DNA of 64,000 nt, from positions 224,001-288,000 of the forward strand of contig CAWJTV010000005.1 of NCBI GenBank assembly GCA_963845755.1, given 5' to 3'. Positions 21,065 through 30,757 of this stretch are shown piece by piece; within the stretch, counting starts at the first letter, position 1; each line of letters starts with the position of its first letter. Both the position numbers and the translations under genes were made by a program. The DNA is from an uncultured Planctomycetota bacterium. Its GTDB lineage: Bacteria > Planctomycetota > Planctomycetia > Isosphaerales > Isosphaeraceae. Below the pieces are notes generated by a model. The model did no database searches. It saw only the letters and a list, made by a program, of their open reading frames with translations, and was not told where the DNA came from.

Positions 21065-22259
21065 TCAGTGGGACACGGTCACGATGTCCTGGGGACTCGC
21101 GATCGCGCCATGCGTGTCGCAGCCGCCTGCCACGCATCCGCAGCCATTGCCCGGGCAGGTCTTCTTGTGGAGGAAAGTCTTCAGGAAGCAGGGCTTCTTC
21201 ACCTTGGCCGGGACCGTGCTTCCGCAGGACTCATAGGTGACCGCGCACTGTGCCGACGGCAGCGGAGAGTGCTTCTTGAATGGGCAGAGTTTGTTCAGAA
21301 GGTTGCACTTCTTGCCGCCGCTTTCCACCATCATCGGGGAGGCATAGCCTACCTGCTCGGACGTGGTGACGATCACCTGGGCGGAGCCGAGGGATGAGGG
21401 CGACGTCGTGCTCCAGCCGTTCTGAGTCGCGGGTTTCGGAAGGCTCGAGGTCGTCCCGCCTTCCTGGCCGACCACGGCAGCGGTCGGTCGTTCCGATTCT
21501 GACGTCATCGATGGCAGACTCGGCCGGGGTGGCGACGTGGCCGGAGCAGTCAGTCCAGAGCCAGCGGGACTACTCGTAGGTGGGCTCGGAGGGGTCAGGG
21601 CGTCCTGATCGGCCGCTGGGGCCGTCGCGGGACTTGCGTCCGGCGGAGGCTGACTCGCGGGATCCGGCGCCATCGTGGCCGGAGCCGGTTCCTCGGACTC
21701 GCCGGGAGGGTCGGCTGTCGTGTCCCGATTCCGAGCCGGGATGGTATCCGTGTCGACCTGCGGCGATCTGGGCTGCAGGTTCAGCGCGACCTCACTCGTG
21801 GGGGCCTGCGCCGGCTTGAACCACGTCGCTTTCGCACTAGATGCCGGTGCGGCGAATGCCGTAGCTCCGGCGCTGGAAATGGGCGTTGAGGGCTTCCATT
21901 CCGTGCGATCGTTGTCGATGCTCCCGGAGCGTGCCGGATTGTTCCACAGCCGGCCCAGCAACGGGAAGTGGCGTAACAACTTCGGCCTGTCGCTCGAAGC
22001 CTCCGACGGCGAGGCCGTCTCGCCGGCCAACAACTCGGACCGGCTCGAATTCGGGGGCAACGGCGCGGCGGCTGGGGATGCCTCGGCATCGACCTTGGGC
22101 CGGCGCCACCACGCAAGCCGGGAGAGCGGACGCTCCTCCGTTCCGAAGGCACTGACCGCCTCGGGCGAAGCCAAGCTCCCCTTCTGCTGAATGCTGGCGG
22201 CACCCGGATAGGCCCACCAGCAACATCACGACAATCCCTGTCTCCCGCGGCCGTCTCAT
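21065..22259 (-). CDS. Pro/Ser-rich lipoprotein with Cys/Lys-rich C-terminus; frameshift at ~22199
   Basis: MRRPRETGIVVMLLVGLSGC lipobox with a GGAGG RBS. Removing one C joins it to ORF 21065..22174. Confidence 0.65.
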
Positions 22260-22592
22260 GGCGGTTCCTCCCACCAGATCTTCGCCAGTCACGCGGATCC
22301 GAGAAGCTCGAGCTCCTCTCGATCCGCCTCGTCGGTCTTTCCATCGGCAGGCCAGGCATCGCCAACCGACCCATTCGACGGCTTCTCCCGCCGTGACCTC
22401 GACAGGACTCCCCAGTTCAAAAAACACTCCCTAATTGCCGCCCTCGACACAATGTGAACAATAAGGACAACGGCTATGGGATGTCCCTCTCCACCTATCG
22501 GGTCATTCGGACCGGAGCGCCTCGGGTCGATCGTTCGATCGAGACGTCGCACGGAAACGGGTGGCTTGCTCGACGGTTAGCGAGGTTGCCTG

Positions 22593-23126
22593 ATGATCGA
22601 TGTCGAAGTCACTGAACGCTTTATGTCCGCGCCCTGGCTGCAGGAAGTCGATCCGGACACCAAGATGACGATCCTGGGCGCCCTGGTCGAGGCGCGGGCG
22701 CCGGACGGAGCGACCTTGCTCGAACAGGATCAACCCAACGATCACCTCTCGTTCCTGATCGAAGGGAGTGCCCGGATCGAGCGATCCTTCGGCAACGGCC
22801 GTCGTGAGATCATCACGACAATCGCGGCTCCCTCGGTTTTCGGTACGACATCATTCTTCAGGCCGGAACCTCCGGCCGTTGCCGTCCGCGCCACGTCTGA
22901 TGTCTGGATGCTCTCGTTGTATCATCCCGCTCATGAGGCACTGCGTGTCGCGAATCCCCGGGCCGCCGAGGCGCTGGCACTGGCGGTCCTCCGCGCGTTG
23001 TCCGAGCGGTTCGATCTGATGGACAGGCTCTTTTCCGAGTACATGGCCCGTCATCCCCACGAATCCTCGAGGATGTCCGAATGGGCGGGGTTCCGCTCCC
23101 GGCTCTTCGATGAGAGCGGAGTGTAG
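22593..23126 (+). CDS. Stand-alone cyclic-nucleotide-binding domain protein (no HTH)
   Basis: LLEQDQPND.L.FLIEG..FG..SFF...AVRA matches the cNMP-binding fold pattern; 177 aa. Confidence 0.8.
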   Translation: MIDVEVTERFMSAPWLQEVDPDTKMTILGALVEARAPDGATLLEQDQPNDHLSFLIEGSARIERSFGNGRREIITTIAAPSVFGTTSFFRPEPPAVAVRATSDVWMLSLYHPAHEALRVANPRAAEALALAVLRALSERFDLMDRLFSEYMARHPHESSRMSEWAGFRSRLFDESGV

Positions 23127-23192
23127 AGCGGTTGGTTCTCGACGAACACCCCACCCCAAGCACCTGGCCAGGATTATCCTGCACTGGGTCCC

Positions 23193-23258
23193 AGGCGAGC
23201 GGGGGCGTCAGCCCCCTATCAGGTCGATCGGACAGGGGGCTGACGCCCCCGCTCGCCT
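23193..23258. repeat. REP-like palindrome family A (25-bp perfect inverted repeat)
   Basis: AGGCGAGCGGGGGCGTCAGCCCCCT (23193-217) / AGGGGGCTGACGCCCCCGCTCGCCT (23234-258). Confidence 0.9.
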
Positions 23259-23798
23259 CTCGGAACCGCCTCCGAACCCCAAAGTGTGCAAGGAATCCAC
23301 GGCCGGCTGCTTAGACGAGGCGCGATGCCTTTTCCGGGGCGGGCGAGGTGCCGGGCCAACCGGCAGCGATGGCGCATGGCCTCGCTTCCGAGGAACGGAT
23401 CCACTTTGTCCCTCGTGATGGATAATCCGGACTGACCAACCTTTCGGAACGGCACCGATCGTCTCGGGAGTTGACTCTCGCGAAATTGCATCGGACAATG
23501 ACGCTGGGGATTGCGAGTTGACCTTCAGCAACTTTGCGCACCAACCGGATTCTTCGCGGACGACGCGGGGGCGGGATCGTTGCACCACTCGGAGCCATCG
23601 TTTTGGCGAACGAGCCCCGTCAAGTAGCAATTCTGTCTAGGAACGCGATGCGGAGCGATTCCCACCTGGTTGCCAGCGTGGGACGACGGGCCTTTCAGAG
23701 GAAGGGCAAGCTTCACGCGCTCCAGCCGGTCCCGATTCTCGTCAGGGCCAGCTCGGGCTGTCGCATCCTGCACCCCTACCGGCGAGATCGCTAACTCC

Positions 23799-24788
23799 AT
23801 GAATACAACACCGTTAACAACGGTCCTCCACCGCAGACCGCGTGCGTTCGATGAACTCCTGGCGACGGTGAGAGACTGCGGACCGCATGGACACCTCGTG
23901 GACGTCCGCGAGTCGCTCCGCTACCTCCTGAGCCCGACTCGTCCGCTCGTGATGCTCTGCCCCCACGCCGACGACGGCGCGATCACTGCGGCCTGCCTGC
24001 TCCATGAGTACGCTGTCCGGCGCGGTCTGCCCGTCATCGAGGTGCTGGTCTTTGCCGGAGAACGGAATGTGGCCGCACCCTGGCTCAATGATGAGAAGAA
24101 GGTCACCGTGCGCGAGGGGGAGTTCCGGCTGGAATGCAATGTCCTCGGTGCGGAAGGGATCTGCTGGAACCTGGAAGGCTACAATCGGCCCGGATACCAG
24201 CCGACCGACTCGGACATTGGCAAAGTCGTCAACTGGTTCATCAAGCGACGCCCCGGCGCGGTGATCGTCCCGCCGGCCAACGACGCCCATGTGGCCCATC
24301 GCGTGACCCGCGCCCTGGCCGCCATCGGCTTGGTGGGCGCCGAGCTGTCCGATACCCTGGTGCTCAGCGGCTGGACTCCCTGGGGCCCACTACCTCAGCC
24401 CAATGCCTATTTTACGTATGATGGTGAAGCCGAACGCACCAAGGAGTGGGCCATTCATTGCCATGCCTCGCAAGTCCTCTTGACCGATTACACGCAGTAC
24501 TGCTCCCACCTCGGACGCGCCTACGCCGCACTGACGCGCGAGTGGGCCGAGGGGCACAGCCTGGCCGGCCGGGCGCACCGGACGGACGATCGGTTCGTGG
24601 GTGTTGAGCTCTTCCAGATCGAATCGTACGATTCCTCGCGGTGCAATGCTTATCCTCCCGACCCGATCCAGCTCGCACTCGGCCTTTTGTGCGGTAAGAT
24701 CGCCGCGGATCCCGACGACCGCGCGGAGCACGACACCGGCCTTGAGCCGATCTCGTCCGTCAAGCCGCCCGCCGTTGCACCCTACTGA
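23799..24788 (+). CDS. PIG-L/LmbE family N-acetyl-sugar deacetylase-like protein
   Basis: CPHADD, R..E, DAHVAH and K..AI..HASQ motifs; adjacent to nagB. Confidence 0.8.
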   Translation: MNTTPLTTVLHRRPRAFDELLATVRDCGPHGHLVDVRESLRYLLSPTRPLVMLCPHADDGAITAACLLHEYAVRRGLPVIEVLVFAGERNVAAPWLNDEKKVTVREGEFRLECNVLGAEGICWNLEGYNRPGYQPTDSDIGKVVNWFIKRRPGAVIVPPANDAHVAHRVTRALAAIGLVGAELSDTLVLSGWTPWGPLPQPNAYFTYDGEAERTKEWAIHCHASQVLLTDYTQYCSHLGRAYAALTREWAEGHSLAGRAHRTDDRFVGVELFQIESYDSSRCNAYPPDPIQLALGLLCGKIAADPDDRAEHDTGLEPISSVKPPAVAPY

Positions 24789-24817
24789 CCCGCCGCCCGA
24801 GCCGATCGAGGAGCCTC

Positions 24818-25639
24818 GTGCCGATGCTAGTTCAGGCTCGTCCTCTGCAAGTCTCCGGCATGGCCGTCCTGATCTGGCCCGATGCGGAACGGGCTTGCCT
24901 GATGGCGGCCGAGTCCATCGCCAGGACCGTGCAAGAGGCCGTGACCGCGCGTGGACGTGCGGTCGTGGGGCTGGCTACGGGTTCGACACCCGAGCGGGTC
25001 TATGCTCATTTGGTGGATCAATACAGATCGGGCAACCTTTCCTTCCGCAGCGTGACAACGTACAACCTGGACGAGTATTACCCGATCAGCCCCCTCGACC
25101 CCAACAGCTATCGGGCCTACATGCATCAGCACCTTTTTGGCCGGGTGGATCTTGCTCCAAACCGCGGCCACATGCTCGACGGGACTGTGCCGGAGGCGTT
25201 CGCGGCCGCCCATGCCGCGGATTACGACCGATGGATCGAGGCGGACGGTGGATTGGATCTGCAACTCCTGGGCATCGGCCGGAACGGACACATCGGATTC
25301 AACGAGCCGAGTGATCTCAGCGTTGCCGAGGCACTCCGGCTCCCCACCCGAATGGTCGAGCTGCACCCGGTCACCCGCGTGGACGCGGCTCGGGACTTCG
25401 GCGGAGTGGAACGGGTCATTCCCCGCGCCCTGACCATGGGTATCGCCCCGATCCTGGCCTCACGCACGATCCTGATCGTGGCCACCGGTGCGCACAAGGC
25501 CGAGCCTGTCGCCGACGCCCTGACCGGCCCGATCACTGCGACCCTCCCCGCCTCGCTCCTTCAAACGGTCGCCGCCAAGGTCACCTGGCTGCTCGACGAG
25601 CCTGCGGCTCGCGGGCTCGGTGATCGGCAGGCGAAGTGA
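24818..25639 (+). CDS. nagB: Glucosamine-6-phosphate deaminase
   Basis: GLATGSTP, NLDEY, GGLDLQLLGIG.NGHIGFNEP, ALTMGI and PASLLQ. Confidence 0.95.
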   Translation: MPMLVQARPLQVSGMAVLIWPDAERACLMAAESIARTVQEAVTARGRAVVGLATGSTPERVYAHLVDQYRSGNLSFRSVTTYNLDEYYPISPLDPNSYRAYMHQHLFGRVDLAPNRGHMLDGTVPEAFAAAHAADYDRWIEADGGLDLQLLGIGRNGHIGFNEPSDLSVAEALRLPTRMVELHPVTRVDAARDFGGVERVIPRALTMGIAPILASRTILIVATGAHKAEPVADALTGPITATLPASLLQTVAAKVTWLLDEPAARGLGDRQAK

Positions 25640-25751
25640 GCAGTCGATCCCCATTTCTGTCCGACCTGACGCGGCCATTCAAGAGCGCGCACGGGGCAGG
25701 GATCTGCGCGAAGAAATCACTGACGCGGCCCTTGGCCGCGACTCAGGAGGC

Positions 25752-25836
25752 ATTCCCGATTCGCGATTCAGGATTCCACAAGTACAGAATCGTCTCCCCG
25801 AATGGAATCGGAAATCGGGAATTCGGAATCCAGGGA
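25752..25836. repeat. Inverted pair of degenerate heptamer arrays (GATTCnn / nGGAATC)
   Basis: ttcccgattcgcgattcaggattcca ... tggaatcggaaatcgggaattcggaatcc in intergenic DNA. Confidence 0.6.
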
Positions 25837-26014
25837 TCCCCCAGATGCGCGCATTGCGCAGGCATCGTACGGAGAAAGACTTCTGACGGCCCGTCGGCCA
25901 CTGAGCTTGATTCGGCGGCCCCTGTCTGATCGAATGATTTGGCCAGGGTCGCCGGAGAATCCAGGGTTCGACCGGGACCGGCATCTCCAACCATAATGTT
26001 CTGAGGTCAGGCGG

Positions 26015-27162
26015 ATGATTGTCGGGGTGCCGCGGGAGATCAAATCGGACGAGTATCGCGTGGCGATGCTGCCGGTCGGCGTGGAGGAATTGAGCCAGGC
26101 TGGTCATCGGGTCCTCGTCGAGGCCGGCGCCGGTCAGGGTAGCGGTATCGCCGACGGACAGTATGAAGCGGCTGGCGGTTCGATCGTGGCAGAGGCCGGC
26201 GAGATTTGGGCCGAGGCCGAGCTGGTGGTGAAAGTCAAGGAGCCTCAGGAGTCGGAGTGGCTCGCCTTGCGGCCCGGTCAGACGGTGTTCACTTACTTTC
26301 ATTTCGCCGCCGACGAACGGTTGACGAGGGCGATCCTCGACAGCGGGGTCACGGCGATCGCTTACGAGACGCTCCGCGACGCGCGTGGGGGCCTACCGCT
26401 ACTGACGCCGATGAGCGAGGTTGCCGGGCGGATGAGTATCCAGGAAGGAGCGAAATACCTGGAGCGCCCCCAAGAGGGCGCGGGATCTTGCTCTCCGGCG
26501 TGCCGGGAGTCGCACCGGCTGACATCGTCATCGTGGGCGGCGGCGTCGTCGGCTCGAATGCGGCCAAGGTCGCCGCCGGACTGGGTGCCAACGTCCGGAT
26601 CCTCGACATCAATCACGACCGTTTGCGATACCTCGATGATATCATGCCCCCGAACGTCACAACGCTCTATTCGGACCGGCACACGATACTCGAGTCGATC
26701 GAACGGGCCGACCTCGTCATCGGCGCTGTCTTGATCACCGGGGCACGTGCACCCCACCTCCTACGCCTCGAGGACCTGGGGCGGATGAAGAACGGGGCCG
26801 TGATCGTGGATGTTGCCATCGATCAAGGGGGATGTGTGGCGACCAGCCGTCCCACGACCCACCGCCAGCCCACCTATGTGGTCGAGGGCGTGGTTCATTA
26901 CTGCGTTACGAACATGCCCGGCGCAGTCGGGCGCACCAGCACTTATGCCCTGTGCAACGTCACATTGACTTATGTCCTTCAACTGGCCAAGCTGGGCTGG
27001 CAGGGTCTGGCCGCGGCCGATCCCGGCGTCGCTGAAGGCGTGAACATCTCCCGCGGGCGGGTGACGAATCGGGCCGTCGCCCAGACGTTTGGACTGCCCC
27101 TTCACCCGCTCGACGCCAAGCTGGCCAGCGTGTCCATCACCGCGCCGGCGGCACCGTCCTGA
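26015..27162 (+). CDS. ald: Alanine dehydrogenase; frameshift at ~26478
   Basis: GVPREIK..EYRV, VKVKEP, LPLLTPMSEVAGR, GGGVVG, DVAIDQGG and HYCVTNMPGAV. Confidence 0.95.
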
Positions 27163-27304
27163 TCGAGAAACCAACCTCACCGCGCGCCGGATTCCTACCT
27201 CGTTTGCGGAACCCGGCCGCGCAGGTCCAGAACGGGCGTGGCCACCCCCGAACTCCGGGATCCGCCACGCGAAACACTCCTCGCTCATCCCAAGGACACC
27301 TCCC

Positions 27305-27637
27305 ATGGACCCAAACGACTTTGACGAAGACCAGGGCCACAACGATCATCATGATCACAACCACGGCCATGAGCACGAACACGAAGCGGAGGAAGTTCTC
27401 GAGCAAGCCCTCGAGCTCGATACGCAAAGCCAGATCTTCCTGGAGATGCGTTGACAGAATCTCGACCTGCTCCGACTGGCCACCGAGGTCGCGGGATTCG
27501 GCGAACACCATCCGGTTCTGAAAGCGGATGACCTCAAGAGCGCCCTGGGGACCATCTGGGAGGTCTTCTCCGAGTTCTATACCTGGATCGATCCCGAAGA
27601 GGCGGAGGACGACGATGACGAGGATCTTGAAGATTAG
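27305..27637 (+). CDS. Small acidic His-rich protein interrupted by an in-frame TGA (27452-27454)
   Basis: MDPNDFDEDQGHNDHHDHNHGHEHEHE..FLEMR*QNLDLLRL..IWEVFSEFYTWIDPEEAEDDDDEDLED*. The frame stays protein-like after the TGA. Confidence 0.65.
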
Positions 27638-28111
27638 GGCGCTTCACCGTTGATTTGCGCCACTCCGCCGGCGCTGTCTGCCATATCCATGCGACGCGCC
27701 AGCGAGGGCGAGTGGTCGGAGGAACTTCGCTAATCCGTCGCGTTGGTTGGATTCGTGCGCAACCCGAGTCTGAAGTGCAGCAGCGATCGGCGATGCACTT
27801 GAGATTCGGAAAGGATCGAAAGGTCGTCCTGGTCGCGACTCTGGCCGCAGCGAGTGAATCGGGTGCTTCGTGAGCGATGGGACGGTGTTCCGACGACGTC
27901 GCCCGGTTGGTGGCCGTCACGATTCAACGAGCGTCTTGTTGAAGGTTTCCTCAAAAGCTGCCTGACCCATCCTCGCCTCTGACTCTCCATTTTGTCTTTC
28001 GATTTTCTATCGAATCCGGGTTGCGGACGTCCTGAAGGATTTACTAAGCTATTAATTCGAGGGTGGATTGGAGCACGCGGTCGTCCCGGCTACTTGGTTA
28101 CGATCGACATT

Positions 28112-28879
28112 ATGAGCCCGCAACGCGAGGTGACGGGTTATCCGGCGGAACCTGTCACGCGAGGAACACTGCGACAGCAGGTGACCTCGCGGCTGATGAC
28201 GGGGATCTTTCTCGGTCACTTCCGATCGGGCCAGCGTCTCGTCGTGCAGAATCTGTCGGAATATTATCAGGCGAGCCCCACTCCGGTGCGCGAGGCGCTG
28301 GTGGAGCTGGCGAGCTTCGGTTTGGTCGAGCTGATGCCGAACCGCGGCGCCGTCGTGCAACCGTTCGGTCCTCAGGAGATCCGCGAGATCAGCCAGGTCC
28401 GGCGATTGTTGGAGGCGGAGGCGACCCGATGCGCATGTGGGCGTCTGCCATCCGCCGACCTGTCGGCCGTGGAAGAGCAATTACGACGACTGGAGGTGCT
28501 GCCCCGAGACCAAGCATGGGACCAGAGTGCTCGGGCCGTCGACACCCAACTTCACGGCCTGATCGCCGATCATTGCGGGAGCCGACGACTGGCGGCCGAG
28601 ATCGGCCGCTACCTCCTCTTGTTCCGGGCCCTACGCGACGTTTCCCACCAGCGCGATGCCTGGACCAACTACTCCCGTTCTAATGACGTTCCGGAACATT
28701 TGGCGATCGTCTTGCCGCTCGGGCAGTGCGACCCCGATGCGGCCGTCCTGGCGATGGAGCGCCATGTCCGATCGGCCGCGATGACGCTGGAGGAAATCAT
28801 CTTCTCCGGCTCTGTCCAACCCGACGGCGATCCACAATCGAAGAAATCGCCAGAGTCACCCCGGAGTGCTACAGAATGA
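28112..28879 (+). CDS. GntR family (FCD-type) transcriptional regulator
   Basis: HTH L....ASPTPVREAL..L...GLV..PNRGA; FCD domain EISQVR.LLE, D..LH and EH..I. Confidence 0.93.
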   Translation: MSPQREVTGYPAEPVTRGTLRQQVTSRLMTGIFLGHFRSGQRLVVQNLSEYYQASPTPVREALVELASFGLVELMPNRGAVVQPFGPQEIREISQVRRLLEAEATRCACGRLPSADLSAVEEQLRRLEVLPRDQAWDQSARAVDTQLHGLIADHCGSRRLAAEIGRYLLLFRALRDVSHQRDAWTNYSRSNDVPEHLAIVLPLGQCDPDAAVLAMERHVRSAAMTLEEIIFSGSVQPDGDPQSKKSPESPRSATE

Positions 28880-29124
28880 CCGGGTGCCCCCCGAATTCGT
28901 GAGGAGAGGTCGTGTCCGCCTTGTGTGCCAGCCCGGTCGATCCGAATCGATTCCTCTGTGAGCTTGACGATGGCGTCGGCCCGTACGATGGTCGTCGCCT
29001 GGCGTGAGGTCCATCGGAGTCCTCCAGCCGCTGGACCAGTGATTCTCCAACCTTTGTCCGCGCGTTCCCACGAAACTCCCATTACCATTCTTCATCCTCG
29101 GTACCCCGAGAGGGGGTCGTCTCC

Positions 29125-30252
29125 ATGCGTAATCGTCGTGCGTTCACTCTGATCGAGCTCCTCGTCGTGATCGCCATCATCGCGGTCCTCATCGCCTTGT
29201 TATTACCCGCGGTCCAGGCCGCTCGCGAGGCGGCCCGCCGGGCACAGTGCACCAACAATCTCAAGCAGTTGGGCTTGGCCGTCCATAACTATCATCAGGT
29301 CAACAACGCGTTTCCGCCGCTCTTCGGCAACTTCGGGAACCCCAGTCCTCCGAGTGGTCCCAGTTCTCCCCTCGGAGAATGGCCACTTGGCTGGGGCGTG
29401 GCCATCTTGCCGTTCATCGAACAGCAACCCATGTTCAACGCGTCGAACTACTCCGGTGGCGCCACGAGCGTGCTGAACCAGTCCACGGTGAGCTCCATGA
29501 AGATCTCGGCCTATGTCTGCCCATCGGAGAGCGTCAAGGTCGGGCCGTGGATCGGCCAGACGTGGATCAATTATCATGCGAACATCGGCGGTCCGGAATG
29601 CATCTCAGCCTGGACAGGTCCCATCGTCCCCTTCCTGGGCGATCCCAGCACATTCCCGGGCATTTCCAACGTCTATCCCTATGGCGTCGGGAATCTCGGC
29701 GCAATTGGCATGGAGTCGGTCACGGACGGCACGAGCAACTCGGCCCTGTTCAGCGAGGCCCTGATGGGCTACAACGGCAATATCACGATCTTGCCGGGCC
29801 AGATTCCCAACTCCTGGCGGGTCGCCTACCCGACGAGTTTCACGACGGACGTCACCGGGTCCCCTTCAACTCCACCGGGTACCGGCGGCTACGCCATGGC
29901 CCTGGCGTTCCTCAAGACCTGTCAGTCCATCCCCGGAACGACCGTACCCACGTTCCCGACCCAATGGTCGGGGGCCTGCTGGAACGGCAGTCATGCCGGA
30001 ACCTTGCACTTCAACGCGTACAACCACTGGAATACGCCCAACCAGCTCTCGTGCGTCGCCGGGAATTCGTGGGGCGGGGCCCCGGGCGGGTTCAACGACA
30101 TCATCACGGCGAATAGTGCCCATCCCGGCGGTGTGAATGTGTGCTTCCTTGACGGCTCGGTCCATTTCCTCAAGAACAGTATCACGCCCAATATCTGGTG
30201 GGCGATCGGCAGCCGGAACCAAGGGGAGACCATCAGCTCCGATTCGTATTGA
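29125..30252 (+). CDS. DUF1559 prepilin-type N-terminal cleavage/methylation protein
   Basis: [44 protein letters not shown]-terminal S.HPGGVNV.FLDGSV (H-X9-DG). Confidence 0.97.
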   Translation: MRNRRAFTLIELLVVIAIIAVLIALLLPAVQAAREAARRAQCTNNLKQLGLAVHNYHQVNNAFPPLFGNFGNPSPPSGPSSPLGEWPLGWGVAILPFIEQQPMFNASNYSGGATSVLNQSTVSSMKISAYVCPSESVKVGPWIGQTWINYHANIGGPECISAWTGPIVPFLGDPSTFPGISNVYPYGVGNLGAIGMESVTDGTSNSALFSEALMGYNGNITILPGQIPNSWRVAYPTSFTTDVTGSPSTPPGTGGYAMALAFLKTCQSIPGTTVPTFPTQWSGACWNGSHAGTLHFNAYNHWNTPNQLSCVAGNSWGGAPGGFNDIITANSAHPGGVNVCFLDGSVHFLKNSITPNIWWAIGSRNQGETISSDSY

Positions 30253-30260
30253 TTGCTCCC

Positions 30261-30298
30261 GCCCGCGCCCCCTACCGAGGGCGCGGGCCTCCTTTTCT
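30261..30298 (+). terminator. Intrinsic terminator-like hairpin after the DUF1559 gene
   Basis: GCCCGCGCCC-N8-GGGCGCGGGC followed by CTCCTTTTCT. Confidence 0.6.
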
Positions 30299-30432
30299 CG
30301 CCCATTACGTTGACTGACTCGAAACCGACGGCTGCGAGAGGCAGGCGTTTGTCCTCGGGCTCGCCGGGTGGATGGACGATCCATCACCCCGCTATGCACC
30401 TTTCTTACTGGATCCGGATGGAGGCGATTTCC

Positions 30433-30636
30433 ATGAAGCGATTCCGATTTGTCGTGTTCACCGCATTCCTGGCAGGAATCCTCTCCGGTTGCGGCGAAGA
30501 CCAGCCGAATCAACCGGCCAAACCCTCGGATCTCGGGGCGGATTTTGGAAACAGCGCCCAGGATCAGATGAAGGCCGCCAATGCCGGGATGGACCTCAAG
30601 GCGCAAAAAGCCCGGCGAAATGAAGCGGCACGGTGA
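30433..30636 (+). CDS. Small lipoprotein
   Basis: GGAGG RBS; MKRFRFVVFTAFLAGILSGC lipobox; typical position downstream of DUF1559 genes. Confidence 0.75.
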   Translation: MKRFRFVVFTAFLAGILSGCGEDQPNQPAKPSDLGADFGNSAQDQMKAANAGMDLKAQKARRNEAAR

Positions 30637-30757
30637 CGGGCCGACTCGGGTCATTCCGCTCGTCTTCGGCCGACGCGTGGGTGACGGAGAACGAGCGTTT
30701 GGGGATCGCGTCGTCGTGCATGCAACGACCGGGCATCAAGTACCTACCACTCGTCCC

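Noticed and set aside
27998..28951. TCGAT..ATCGA palindromes near the GntR gene as operator sites
   Set aside because: Spacing differs between copies (5 vs 4 nt), and TCGA/ATCG words are very frequent throughout this sequence.
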